From Octopus sinensis (taxonomy: Eukaryota): 64,000 bases of DNA. The translations under genes were made by a program, and so were the position numbers. Within the stretch, counting starts at the first letter, position 1, and every line of letters starts with the position of its first letter. The notes below the pieces were generated by a model. The model was not told the DNA's origin, searched no databases, and worked only from the letters and a program-made list of their open reading frames with translations. Positions 14,213 to 26,340 of this stretch are shown piece after piece. The stretch covers positions 70,246,001 to 70,310,000 of the forward strand of contig NC_043005.1 in NCBI RefSeq assembly GCF_006345805.1, read 5' to 3'.

Positions 14213-15040
14213 TACGAAGAGGTACCCAAATGTAACCGGAAATATTCTCTGTAGGGCAAGCCTGTTCTAGTTTAAGCTTCTGACAATAGAAGCCACGTCC
14301 TCGGGGTCAGCCGTACTGCCACATGATGCGTTATTGCTTTGCAGGGCTTCTTCTATGTTCGTCGATTTTGCGATGTCTGAAACGAAGGAACAGCATGCTT
14401 CCATCAGTTTCTGTTTTCTAGGGATCGGAGGACGGCAGCTGAAAGTGTTGTCATTCTTCAAAATTTACAAGGCTACTGCCATGAGCAAAACATGTTTACG
14501 GGTGGTTTCCAGGCATTAGAAATGGTCACTTGTTGCTCGAAGACCGACTTCGTTCAGGGTGACGGTCGCTCTCACGAACGAATAAAACATAAACATTCGT
14601 GAACTTATTTAGGGGGAACCGTCACCAAACAAGTAACGTACCTGATATTACTAGTGTGTCAGGAACTCCTGCTAACAGATTTAGAACGAAGAATTGCAAA
14701 TAAAAAGAGGTGAAGCAAAATTTGCACCTCGCTTGCCCACGGAAGATCAAAAGCAGTCACGACTGAATGCTTGCTGTGAACTGAAAGAATAGTTGGAAGT
14801 TAACTGGTGCTACGGAACTTGCAGATGTGGAAGAAATGAAGAAACAAAAAACGATGAAGGCGGAAAAAGGCTTCACTTCGCCAGAGTTCCAGGGCTGCTT
14901 CGATCAGCGGAAAAGGCATCTGGACCGGTATAATGCTTCAAATAGAGAATACTTTGAAATCGATAAATGTATAAACATGTATAACTAAATGAATAAAACA
15001 ATATTGCAAAATTCTGGTTTCTTTTGGATAATCCCTCGTA
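14213..15040 (+). mobile_element. Internally deleted mariner with both TIRs and TA target duplication
   Basis: Left TACGAAGAGGTACCCAAATGTAACCGGAA versus right reverse complement TACGAGGGATTATCCAAAAGAAACCAGAA. Encodes MSETKEQHASISFCFL..., AKFAPRLPTEDQKQSRL, then jumps (~14810) to the C-terminus FADVEEMK...EYFE. Confidence 0.85.
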
Positions 15041-15524
15041 TCACTAATTTAAAGATAACACTTCAGTGTCAATTGTATGTAAGCCAATTGCTGAAAATTA
15101 GAAGTGACGCATAAAGCGCGCTGCCAACAGTTAAGTTGTTATGGAGTCGGATACATTCCTTTGCGTTTAAAGGTCTGATTCTCTGATTTTTCAGATCAAA
15201 TCAAACCGAAGACAATATTACCATTCATATTATCAAGGTCGATACGAAAGTTTTAGTCCTGTATTAAGATCCATATTTTTAATCTCCCTCTCTCTTTTTG
15301 TCAGGTTTTCTTTCGGTGTAATTTTCTGTAAGTAAATGAAAATGAATGAGATTCCCAGCACGAGGGATGATACACGCCAAGACTTCTACCTGGTCATTCC
15401 AATAAGATGTTGAGGCGGAAAAGCAAAGGAAGTTTATTACAAATTAAATACCCTTCAATGCGTTGATTCCTTCTGCCAACATTATATTATTTACCCGAAA
15501 CCAGGAGAGTAGACAAGGAATACA

Positions 15525-15591
<67 letters not shown>

Positions 15592-17103
15592 TGTGATGTG
15601 TGTGTGTGTATGTATGTATATATATGTATATCTGTATTTATGTATGTATGTGTATATATATATATATATATACTTTCATTCATATACACGCTTATTTATG
15701 TCTATATGTGCGTACATACGTATATAATGTGACATGAATGTATATATAAGTTCATATATTCATACATGTGTGTTTTAATGTGTGTGTGCGTAAGTGTGCA
15801 TGTTTTTACGTATGCAAATTTGTATATATGCCTGTGTGTAAATTTTGTATTTATGTATTCCAAAGTGCTTAATTATTTTATTTGAAGTCTCTCAACATAC
15901 TTTCCTAAATAGCTTTTAGTGAATACAGATAAAATATCAAGAAACACTACCAATAGTACATTATAGCCAAAATCCGCTCTTTAGAATCATAGCTAGCTAT
16001 TATATTTTAAGAGAATAATTTTTACTAGCACAATATTTCCACAGGCAATTTTGTTTCAATTTCTTCGAAAATATCTTGGCGCAAATATTAAGATACATGG
16101 TTATTTATTGATATTGTTACTTTTTTCCTCTTTATTCCTCATTCGTTTCTGTTTTATCTCTTGTATTTTACTTATATTCCTTTTCATATTGCTTTTATTC
16201 GTATTGTTTTTATTATCACTTACACTTTTCTTGGCGTTATTATATCATTTTTTTGTTCAAATTCTGGCTCCATAAATTTTATACGACCACCATTTTGCTC
16301 TTTTTTATACGTATAAATATATATATACATTGTAAGAAAATTTCTAAACAAAAAGCAAACAAATAACATGATTCTGATTTACAAGCATTATAACGTATTT
16401 TTTCCACATCACTATCCATTATTTTGGGGAATGTTATTTAGATTCTTCTCAAAATTTCATTTTCGTCAAATATCTTTTCCAGTTTAAAAGTGTTTCTTTT
16501 TAAAGAAAATTAAGTTTATCTTAGGATATTGTACAACGACAAGTTTTAGATACCTTTCAAACTCTAATCTTTTGAGAATTCTATTTCATATATATATATT
16601 TTTTTTTAATTTACATCTTAATTTTTTTATTTATTTTCGTTTTATTTGTTTATGCATGTATATGACTTTCATTTGAGCGAGTATGGAGAAAACTATCATG
16701 TATGTATTTATGTCTGTCTGTGTATTCTCACAACCATTCGCAGACGTACATTAGACATATATATATATATGTATAAGTGTATATACATATATACACACAT
16801 CCTGTATCTGTGTCTTTGTTTGTACATGTGAATGTGTGTGCGTACTTAAAAAAAAAAACAGACCATACCTCAGTCAACTTATAGAACATATGCTTGATAA
16901 TATAGATTTGAAACATTTTGTTCACAAAATATCACTATTAAATACGTAGAGATAAATTAATAGTACATCTTTTTGTATAACACACACACATATATACACG
17001 CAGACATATATACACACACACTCACACTCACATTTAAATGTATAAATACGCATACGTATAAGTATGTATGTGTATTTATGTTTATGAATATTTATGCTTA
17101 TGG

Positions 17104-17159
<56 letters not shown>

Positions 17160-17992
17160 TGAATACCACTTTTAGATTATCTCAGCTTATTTTCTGGTGA
17201 TATAGTAACTTACATTTGCTGGTATCTCTGTTATAAATTTAAGACGATAAAAAAAAAAAGAAATTAGGTGAGAATTATAAAGTTTGTTTATCGTTAAGAT
17301 AGCTTTTTATTTCTTCTTTGAATATATTTTCTATTATATTTTTCGTTTTATTTTGTTTTCTTCTTAATTTTAAGAAACACATTTTCTTTCTTACATCAAA
17401 ACGTTTAAACAAAAAAAAAACGAAGAAAATCTAAAATAACTGATTTCAGAGTATGGATATATTTAATTTCCTTCCATAGCTCTTTATGCTTCGTAGAATT
17501 TTCTACATACATGATACTGACAGGATAAAGTCTCTGTTGATAGTTAACTGCATGTAAGCTATTACTCATTATGTGGCCATTTATTTAGAAACATCATTCT
17601 ATTCATGTTTGGATGAAGAAAAATATGAATACATCTAATTGCAACCTCTTCACAACTCTTCTTACATTTAAAGCAAAGCGGATCCTGCTGTTTTTATATT
17701 CTGTACAAAATTTCGATTAAGAAACTTTTGAAAGCATTATCATGTACATTATTTCTCAGAATTACTTAAATCTGCACGGCAAAAATTCAATGAATTGTGG
17801 ATGTATTGAAATCATATTATTGATTGGATGATCATTATATACATATGTGTATACATGTGTGTATATATGTAGGTATGTAGGTAAGTATGTATGTATCCAC
17901 GTACACCGCTATATGAAAAAATATATACGTATATGCTTGTAAATATATGCGCATATGAGTATGCTTATATATATATATATAAAACTGAAAAT

Positions 17993-18207
17993 GTGTGTCT
18001 TTCTGTCTGTGTGAATCCCTAAAACACGAGAACTACACAACCAATTTCATTCAAATTTTATACATGCCTTACTTAGGGTCCAGGGGGTGTCATGGGCCAA
18101 AAACTTTTTTAACGTTTTGCCTAGGGCGAGCCCACAGCAATATCATATCTTCTCCACTATTCCAGTATTACGTGTTAAAAGTGAAACAAAAAACATCTCT
18201 CTATTGT
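17993..18207 (+). repeat. ~215-bp direct repeat, copy 1 (partner 18748-18956)
   Basis: CCCTAAAACA.GAGAACTACACAACCAATTT...GCCTAGGGCGAGCCCACAGCAATATCA...AACATCTCTCTATTGT is present in both copies. Confidence 0.92.
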
Positions 18208-18392
18208 CAGATACTTTCATTTTAATACTGAAACTATTAAAGTCAAACTATTATATAAGAGGGATGAACCATCAACAGTGGACATTTTGCTAGAAGATCC
18301 GCAATGGTCTTATATGCTACACCACTGGTTTTCAATTCGTATTAATCAAATCAATATTCAATTTCTCACCCTTATTATTTTAAATTTAAATA

Positions 18393-18741
18393 CAGGACCA
18401 TGTGTTTTGGAACGAAGTTTGTTACCATACCGCCACACCTGCACCTATGTATGAGTGTGTGTGTTTGTGTATGTGTGTATAGCTGTATATGTATACATTT
18501 ATTTCTATACATATATATGTATATGTATACATGTATATGTGTAGATGTAGGTATATATAGATGTACATGTAATATGTACAAATATATTCACATATATAGA
18601 TGCATACATATATACACCCATACACACATACCCATGCACACACACACACACATACATAAGTGCAAGTGTGGCTGTGTAGTAACAAACGTCATTCCAAAAC
18701 ACATGGTCCTGTGTTCAGTCCCACTGTGTGGTGACTTGGCA
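18393..18741. repeat. Inverted pair of SINE A heads (18393-18480 minus; 18620-18741 plus) around a TA/CA tract
   Basis: Both heads carry the same non-consensus TTCCAAAACACATGGTCCTG. Confidence 0.85.
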
Positions 18742-18747
18742 TGAAAC

Positions 18748-18956
18748 GTGTGTCTGTTTGTGTGAAACCCTAAAACATGAGAACTACACAACCAATTTAA
18801 TTCAAATTTTGCACATGCCTTACTTAGGGTCCATGTAGTGTCATGGGCAAAAACATGTTTAACTTCTTGCCTAGGGCGAGCCCACAGCAATATCACATCT
18901 TCTCCACTATTTCAGTATTACATATTAAAGGTGAAATAAAAACATCTCTCTATTGT
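18748..18956 (+). repeat. ~210-bp direct repeat, copy 2
   Basis: See copy 1. Confidence 0.92.
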
Positions 18957-18969
18957 AAGTATATGGATG

Positions 18970-19098
18970 TATCTAGGCGCCAAGGCTGCGACAGCACGCT
19001 CCGGACGACATTGGGGCGACTGTCCACAGCTACAGGTCCACAGTCGACGCTATGGCATTGGTGTCACTAGTACAAATGGCTTGGCTTGGCTTGGCTTG
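18970..19098 (+). mobile_element. 5'-truncated LINE 3' end (RTE-like) with terminal stem-loop and (GGCTT)4 tail
   Basis: GC-rich 110 bp; CGACTGT (19017-19023) / ACAGTCG (19040-19046) inverted repeat followed by a GGCTT tandem tail. Confidence 0.45.
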
Positions 19099-19179
19099 AA
19101 ATAGGATAACATAAAAAACGAAATTGTTTTGCCAAGAACGAAAGCATCAAATGTAAAAACAAGACATTCAACATAAAAA

Positions 19180-19735
19180 CATGTGTGTGTGTATGTATGT
19201 ATATGTATTGGATGGGTGTATGCGTATTGGTGTATGTATGTATGTGTATATATGTATGCATGTGTATATATATATGTATATATGTATTTACATGTGTATG
19301 TATGCATGTGTATGCATGCATGCGTATTATGTATGTGCATGTATGTGTACGTCTGTATGTATGTATGTGTATGTATGTGTATGTATGTACGTGTATGTCT
19401 GTATATATGTATGTGTATGTATGCATGTGTATGTGTATATGTATGTATGTGAATATATATGTATGTATGTACGCATGTGTATGTATGTGTATGTATGCAT
19501 TTGTTTGTATGTATGTGTTTGTATGTATGTGTACGTATGTATGCATGTGTATGCAGGTGTGTGTGCGTAAGTGCATGTCTGTATATATGTATGTGTATGT
19601 GCATGTATGTATGTGCAGGTATGTATATGTATGTGTATGTATGTATGTGTATGTTTGTATATGTATATGTGTGTATTTATGTGAGCGTATGTATGTGTGC
19701 GTATGTATGTGTGCGTATGTATGTGTGCGTATGTA
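19180..19735. repeat. Cryptic (TGTA/TATG/TG)n simple-sequence tract
   Basis: Read directly; source of the VCMY-type ORFs. Confidence 0.95.
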
Positions 19736-20397
19736 TAGAAATTATCCACAGCCCCTAATAGACCGTGCAATCCAACAAGCACTTACATTATGTATAGAAG
19801 ACCTGAGACAAACAAATCCAACACACAACCCACTTAACAATGAGGCCTTCAACACCATACTACAAAGTACAGCCCTACTAAAGGGGGACCCAAAGGTGAA
19901 CCGGATCCTGGAAACACACACCATCTTTAAATGTAAAGGCAACCAAAATCCTTAAAAAAGATTTTAGCCCAAGCTAAACTGCACTTAACAACAACCACAA
20001 AACCAGCAGTTAGAAAATGTGGAAAGCCCAACTGCCGAATCTGTGTCATCTTGGTAGAAGGTTCAGAATTCACATTAGAACAAGGCCATCAGTTTACTAT
20101 CAGAACAAACTTCACCTGTTCATCGGAAAACTTAATTTACGTCTTAACATGCGCAGGGTGCAATAGGCCATACAAAAAACAGCTTACGAAAAATGATGGC
20201 GGTGCATGAATCCCAAATTAGAAATCCTGAATACAGGAAAATACCAGTCAGCGGACACATAGATAGATGTGCTTCAAATAAAAATCCCAAATTCACAACT
20301 TGCCCACTTTACAAATTCAGTGACAGCGTTACTTTCACTCAACGATAAAATAAAGAACTTTATTTCATTAGAAAATTCGGGCCAAGTTTGAACACCC
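19735..20397 (+). mobile_element. Penelope-like element, C-terminal linker and GIY-YIG endonuclease remnant
   Basis: YRNYPQPLIDRAIQQAL...KCGKPNCRIC...NFTCSSENLIYVLTCAGCNRPY...KELYFIRKFGPSLN, with frameshifts and stops. Confidence 0.85.
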
Positions 20398-20702
20398 TGG
20401 GCCAGGAATATTAAAACACTACATTGGTCTTCCGAAAAGAAAAATGGAATTCTACCACTACCACCTCGATCACTACGACTGGTGCTACTATTACTACTAC
20501 TACAACCACCATGGTCACTACTATTACTACCACGATCAACAGTCCTCCACTACTGCTGTTGCTGCTACTGCCACAGCTAAGCTGCTACAACCAATGAGCT
20601 TCTTCAACCCCAACCACCACCACGGTTACTACTACTACGAATAACAGTCACTGCTGCTACTGCCATTTCAGCTACTGGTCATTCGGACACATAAGACAGC
20701 TA

Positions 20703-20880
20703 AAAACAACCACGTGGATTCTGTTGAGACCAGTAAGAAACAATTATGAACTTTTTTTATCACACTCAACTTTAAACTTACAGCTATTATGCTTACTACC
20801 GACAAAACACCACCTCGTGGATTCTGTTGAGACCAATAAGAAACAATTATGAACTTTTTTATTACACTAAACTTTTTAAA
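20703..20880 (+). repeat. Two ~75-bp direct repeats (period 104) in the Penelope 3' region, each with a decayed hammerhead-like core
   Basis: CGTGGATTCTGTTGAGACCA(G/A)TAAGAAACAATTATGAACTTTTT at 20712 and 20816. Confidence 0.85.
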
Positions 20881-23423
20881 ATATTTTTAATAAGGTTCAT
20901 TTTTTCAAGAAGAACAGAAACATAAAGTTTCTAAGAAAATTAAAATTTATCTTATATAGTGGCGTTTTCAAACTTTTTTTTATAAATATACACCCACCCG
21001 CTTACGATCTACACTTATTATGAATATGTATATATATATATATAACCCCACCATTTATTGATCTATATATATATATATAGAGACATACTTATATACAAAT
21101 AAATGTTAGTGTATGCGAATACATATTCACAGAAGTATGTATGTTCGTGTGCAAGTGTGTATTTAATCTTGTATAGATATAGAAATAGAGTCAGATGAAC
21201 ACGTTACAGATCGAGTCCTGCATTACCAGCAGACTTGCCTTTGACGGCGCTCCAAAATTGAATCCTAATTTGAGTCCGTAATTCATTCATTCTTCATTCT
21301 TTATTTTACTTTCAGCGAAGTCACATTTCCTTTTCAATGTGTTTCCGTGGAGAATATAAATAATTTGTCGTAGTGTGTCCTTTTATACTTCATGAACCAG
21401 CAGGTTAAGTGCTGTAAAGCATATTATTCTAAGGTTTTCGTTATCTTAATTCTCTTCTCTCTTTTATTCAGTGCAATATTTATAATGTTTAGTCTTAATT
21501 TGACGTTCTTTCGATTTTCTTACATACTCAATGTCCTTATCTTGGACTTTATATTCACAACGCTGCCATTATTGATGCCCTTCGCCTTCTTTGAGAATTT
21601 TCTGAATTCGATAGTCTTCTGAGAATTTTGGACCCAAACATGATACAAACTACACGTTTGATTGTTCGAATTTGGTAGTTCATGTCCAAACTATTCTCAT
21701 TTTAGGTTTTCTGAGTACGTGGTTTTCCGAGTAAAAGTGTTGTTATATGCTGGTTCTGCAAAAGTTCCAGAGTCTCTGATCCCGAGATTGTTAAACTGCT
21801 GTTCTTAATGCATTCTAGTTAAACTGCTGCTCTTAGCATTTATCTAATATTCAATAAGCTATTATCTCACGGAAAATTCAGGTGATGGATATTAGGACAT
21901 TCAAAAATAATCGTTTTTTTCGGCCTTTCGATTAATAACTATTATCTAATTCATGTTTTTCCTATTATGTTCATATCTTGACTAGGCCTATTAAGTAGGC
22001 TATTAGGGTCTAAATTGAACGATTACTCTTTCAATTAACTAATCTTCAAGAAATGTTGCTATTCCATTTTCTTCAAAACTGCAAGTGAACGCGGGGAGGC
22101 GTTGTGACTCCAGCAGTCATTGAAGGAACGCTGTTAGGAATAAATTGATGCATGATAATTCAAATTTCTCATTTAAGTATTGCAGGCAAAATACAAAAAA
22201 AAGAGTTATTTCTCAAGCGGCCAGTCAACGCGGTACACCCATGTTTCCACACCTATTTTTAGAACTCTGATTTGAACCATTAATAATTTCACATATTGTC
22301 TTTCGAGGTGCTGCAGTTACTCTGTTAGCATTATCTATCATATATCTATATAATGTGTTAACTAGTGTTATCATCTGCACGTATTTTACCGCCTAAGGTG
22401 CCAGCTTTTCATTCTGCCATACTCTGCATTTTTTCTTTGTATACAATTTTCGTTTTGTTAACAGGATGATTTCCACTTCATTTGTAAACGGCTTTATCCT
22501 TGCCTCCCTGTTATTTTTTGTACTGCTTAAGCTTTTTCTAAATTATATTGTCCCTACCGTATTTTATATTATAACATAATATAGACGGAAAATCACCAAT
22601 GTTCAAACAAAGTGTTATGCGTAATCATGCCCGCTTGGAGACTTCATCAATTATCCTTCGGTTTATCACATCTCAACAATTTGACACATGTTGTCCTCTT
22701 TCCGACATACAACTCGCAATGTGGAATATATCGATGCTGTTTATATTAACATGTTGAATTCAATTGGTACTGACTGTTGATTATGTATTAGAAAATACTA
22801 TGATGGTGACTCGGTCAACAGTGAGGAAATCACTAATGTTTCAAACGAAGCTTCGTGCGGTTTTCCCAATATCAGACTGTGTTCTCTATAAAGCCTTTCG
22901 AGTCAACTTTATAATAGTTGCTACAATAAAGCACATAGATTCTGCAACAGAATGCTTTACCCTGTGGCAGAAAATGTGCTTATAACTAGGACTGCATTGT
23001 TACTGCAGATGCATGTCGAAAAACCAGAGGAATTAAGCGGCATGAATCACGTCGAAAATGGCTTGAAAACTGTTGACTTCATCATTGTGGTCATCTTATG
23101 CTGTGTATTGTGCAGTTTCATTTACTTTCCACACTGTATTGCATTCCAGTGAGAATCAGAGTTAATTGAATTATCAAGCGTTTCTCCGTTCACCGCTTCT
23201 GCATATGTTTGCTGTCATTTTTCTTGAAACAACTCTGCTATAAATGAAGCCTCTGTTAAAAGCCGTGCGATCTTATTCGATCGACGTATTCCGCAAGCAA
23301 AGTGATATCCATTTCTTTAATCTTAGTGTGTAATGAAACAAGCAGTATGACGACGACGGTATGCAACGTACGATCAAGCAAAAGGCCACTGAAATGATTA
23401 ACGATAGCCAACTCCTTTGATAG

Positions 23424-23721
23424 TGGAGGCACATAGCCTAGTGTTTAGTGCAGCGAACTCGCGGTCGAGGAATCGCATGTTAGAATCTCAGACCGAGCGA
23501 TGTGTGTGTTTACGAGCGAAGCACCTAAACTCCACGCGGCTCCGGCAGAAGGTAATGGTGAACATCTGCTGCTTATTTCGGCACAACTTTCTCTCACTCT
23601 TTCCTCCTGCATCTTGCAGCTCACCTGCGACGGACCGGCTCCCCGTCCAGGTGAGGAACCTATACGCCAAGGAAACCGAGAAACCGGCCCTAATGAGCCA
23701 GGCATGGCTCGAGAAGGAACA
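23424..23721 (+). mobile_element. Full-length tRNA-derived SINE family D with 14-bp TSD
   Basis: Head GGAGGCACATAGCCTAGTG; AACTCCTTTGATAG at 23410-23423 and 23722-23735. Confidence 0.9.
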
Positions 23722-24275
23722 AACTCCTTTGATAGATGTAAAATTGCAGCATGGAAGGTGCTTATAAGCCATTTAAGAAACACACAAAATCCGTTAGGTT
23801 CACTTCAACATTTAAATTTAACGTGTCAAAATATGTTCGTCGCTTTCAGACCGCGACTCGTTCGCTGACAAAATTCCGTGCACCACAAGCGATGAGGTGG
23901 AGGAAAATTGACAAGAGATTGAAAAGCCTCAGTGTTATAATGTGTAAGAAACTCAGCGCCTCATTGTAAATGGACTAGTGTTGATTGTATATTGACTATT
24001 TTATTGTATGTTATTGTATGTTACTATTTGTAACGGACTATTAAGTCCAACAATTGTTAAAACTCTAGTGAGAGGTTCATTACCTCGTTTTGTTTTTCCC
24101 TGTTGTACGAAAATCAAAGAAAAAGAATGTTTTAGAGAAGCAAAAACTCGGCGGGCGTTTTTTGTTTTCTCCCATCAATATCATACTTTTTTCATTATTC
24201 ACCTCATCAATGTATGTGTCCAGGCCGCAAGCTACTCTTTGTAATGCCTTTATGGAAAATCTTAATGAAATAAAT

Positions 24276-24628
24276 TAGCTTCCTTACCAACCACATGGTT
24301 CCTGGTTCCGTCCCACTGCATGGCACCTTGGGCAAACCTTGTGAGTAGACTTGGTAGAAGGAAACTGAACGAAGCCTGTCGTATATATGTATATATATGT
24401 GTGTGTATGTGCGTGTGTGTGTTTGTGTCTCTGTGTTAGTCCCCAACATCACTTGACAACCGATGGTGGTGTGTTTGTGTCCCCGTAACTGAGAGGTTCG
24501 GCAAAAGAGGCCGATAGAATAAGTACTAGGCTCTAGGCTTACAAAGAATATGTCCTAGGGTCCATTTGCTCGACTAAAGGCTGTGCTTCTGCATGGCTGC
24601 AGTCTAATGACTGAAACAAGTAAAAGAG

Positions 24629-24630
<2 letters not shown>
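24276..24630 (+). mobile_element. SINE family A, 5'-clipped with internal deletion
   Basis: GGCACCTTGGGCAAA joined directly to CCTTGTGAG; 3' end GAAACAAGTAAAAGAGTA followed by (TA)n. Confidence 0.85.
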
Positions 24631-24675
<45 letters not shown>

Positions 24676-25454
24676 ATGTATATATATATGTTTATATACA
24701 CACAATCACAGTCACACATACATATATGTATGTATATATATACATACATCTATGCCTATATAATATGTATGCCTATAATACTTGCACATAGATACATACG
24801 CACAGGCACGCGAAAACTGCCCTCCCCCATTTGCATGTATACATAAAAACTGAAATCAAAATTCTTGCTATTTCGGTCTGGAACATCCAGTTTCCAAAGT
24901 GAGATTAAATGCAGTGTGATAGTACAAGTCTAGCAATGAAGACATTTGTGCTGATAGTAATTTCGCGTAGGCGTAAGATGAATTTTAGCTAAGTCAGAAA
25001 TTTCATTGCACATACGCATAAATTGTAGATATCGTTTCCTTTCGGCGGCAGTAAATATAGTACAGACTACCGAGGTAAATGGTAGAAGTCTTTGTTCGTA
25101 TTACGTGTTGCCTTAAAGTAATTCTTCCGGGCTATTGCGTTCAGAAAATCAAATTCTCTATACTATTACCTGCAACTTCATGAATATCGAGTGATCCTTC
25201 GGGACATTGACAAAGCTGATAATCCTGGCATGTGGAATAGACCGAAAGAGTATACTTGTCACTTTATATAACCAGGCCATTCTTTACAAAATATACACAT
25301 ATTCATCTATCTATCTATTCATCCATCCATCAATCCATCCATCCATCCATCCATACATACATACATACATACATACATACATACATTAATACATACATAG
25401 ATACATACATGCATACTTACATATATACATACATATATGCATGCATCATACATA

Positions 25455-25644
25455 CAGGAGTTGTTGTGTGGTAAATTATATGAAATAAAGTAGCTTGATT
25501 ACCAACACCACGGTTCCGGGTTTAGTCCCACAGCGTTGCACCATGGGCAAGTGTCTTCTAATATAGACTCGGGCCGGACAAAGCCTTGTGAGTGGATGTG
25601 GTAAACAGAAACTGAAAGAAGCTCGTCTTGTATATGTGCGTGTA

Positions 25645-25680
<36 letters not shown>

Positions 25681-25880
25681 TGTGTCTGTGTCTGTGTTTG
25701 TCCCACCATCCCTTGACAACTGATGTTGGTGTGTTTACGTCACCGTAATTTAGCGGTTCGGCAAAAGAGAACGATATAATAAGTACTAGGCATACAAACA
25801 ATAAGTCCTAGGGTCCATATATTCGACTATAGTCAGTGCTCCAGCATAGCCGCAGTCAAATAACTGAAACGAGTAAAAGT
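25455..25880 (+). mobile_element. SINE family A, near full length
   Basis: Matches family A head, CORE-like part, internal microsatellite and tail; a short AT-rich insertion interrupts the head. Confidence 0.88.
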
Positions 25881-25884
25881 ATAT

Positions 25885-25945
<61 letters not shown>

Positions 25946-25988
25946 GCTCACTTTAAAAATACACGTATGTATAATATGCGTGTAAATA

Positions 25989-26101
<113 letters not shown>

Positions 26102-26340
26102 GGACAGACAGACGCAAGTCAAATGGGCTCCACGTAAGTTGGTATTTTTATACGTTCAAAAGTGTATATTGACAAATATTTTGTGTTTAAAAGTTGTGCA
26201 ACAACATCCACTGCAAACCTTTGATAAATATCTACACAAAATTTTGCCCCTTGCGGGCAAAATTTAAAAGAGTAAATTCTCATAGCCTTCGTGGTTTCAT
26301 TTAGCCATTTTAACTTCAAAAATGGCCACTGGTCACCGAG

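Noticed and set aside
23424-23500. tRNA genes at SINE heads (also 43846, 44118)
   Set aside because: A/B-box-like motifs only; no cloverleaf, and each continues into a SINE body.
24265-25500. Shared ATGAAATAAA.TAGCTT at the heads of two neighbouring SINE A copies
   Set aside because: Short and AT-rich, and the rest of the copies share no private mutations; likely coincidence.
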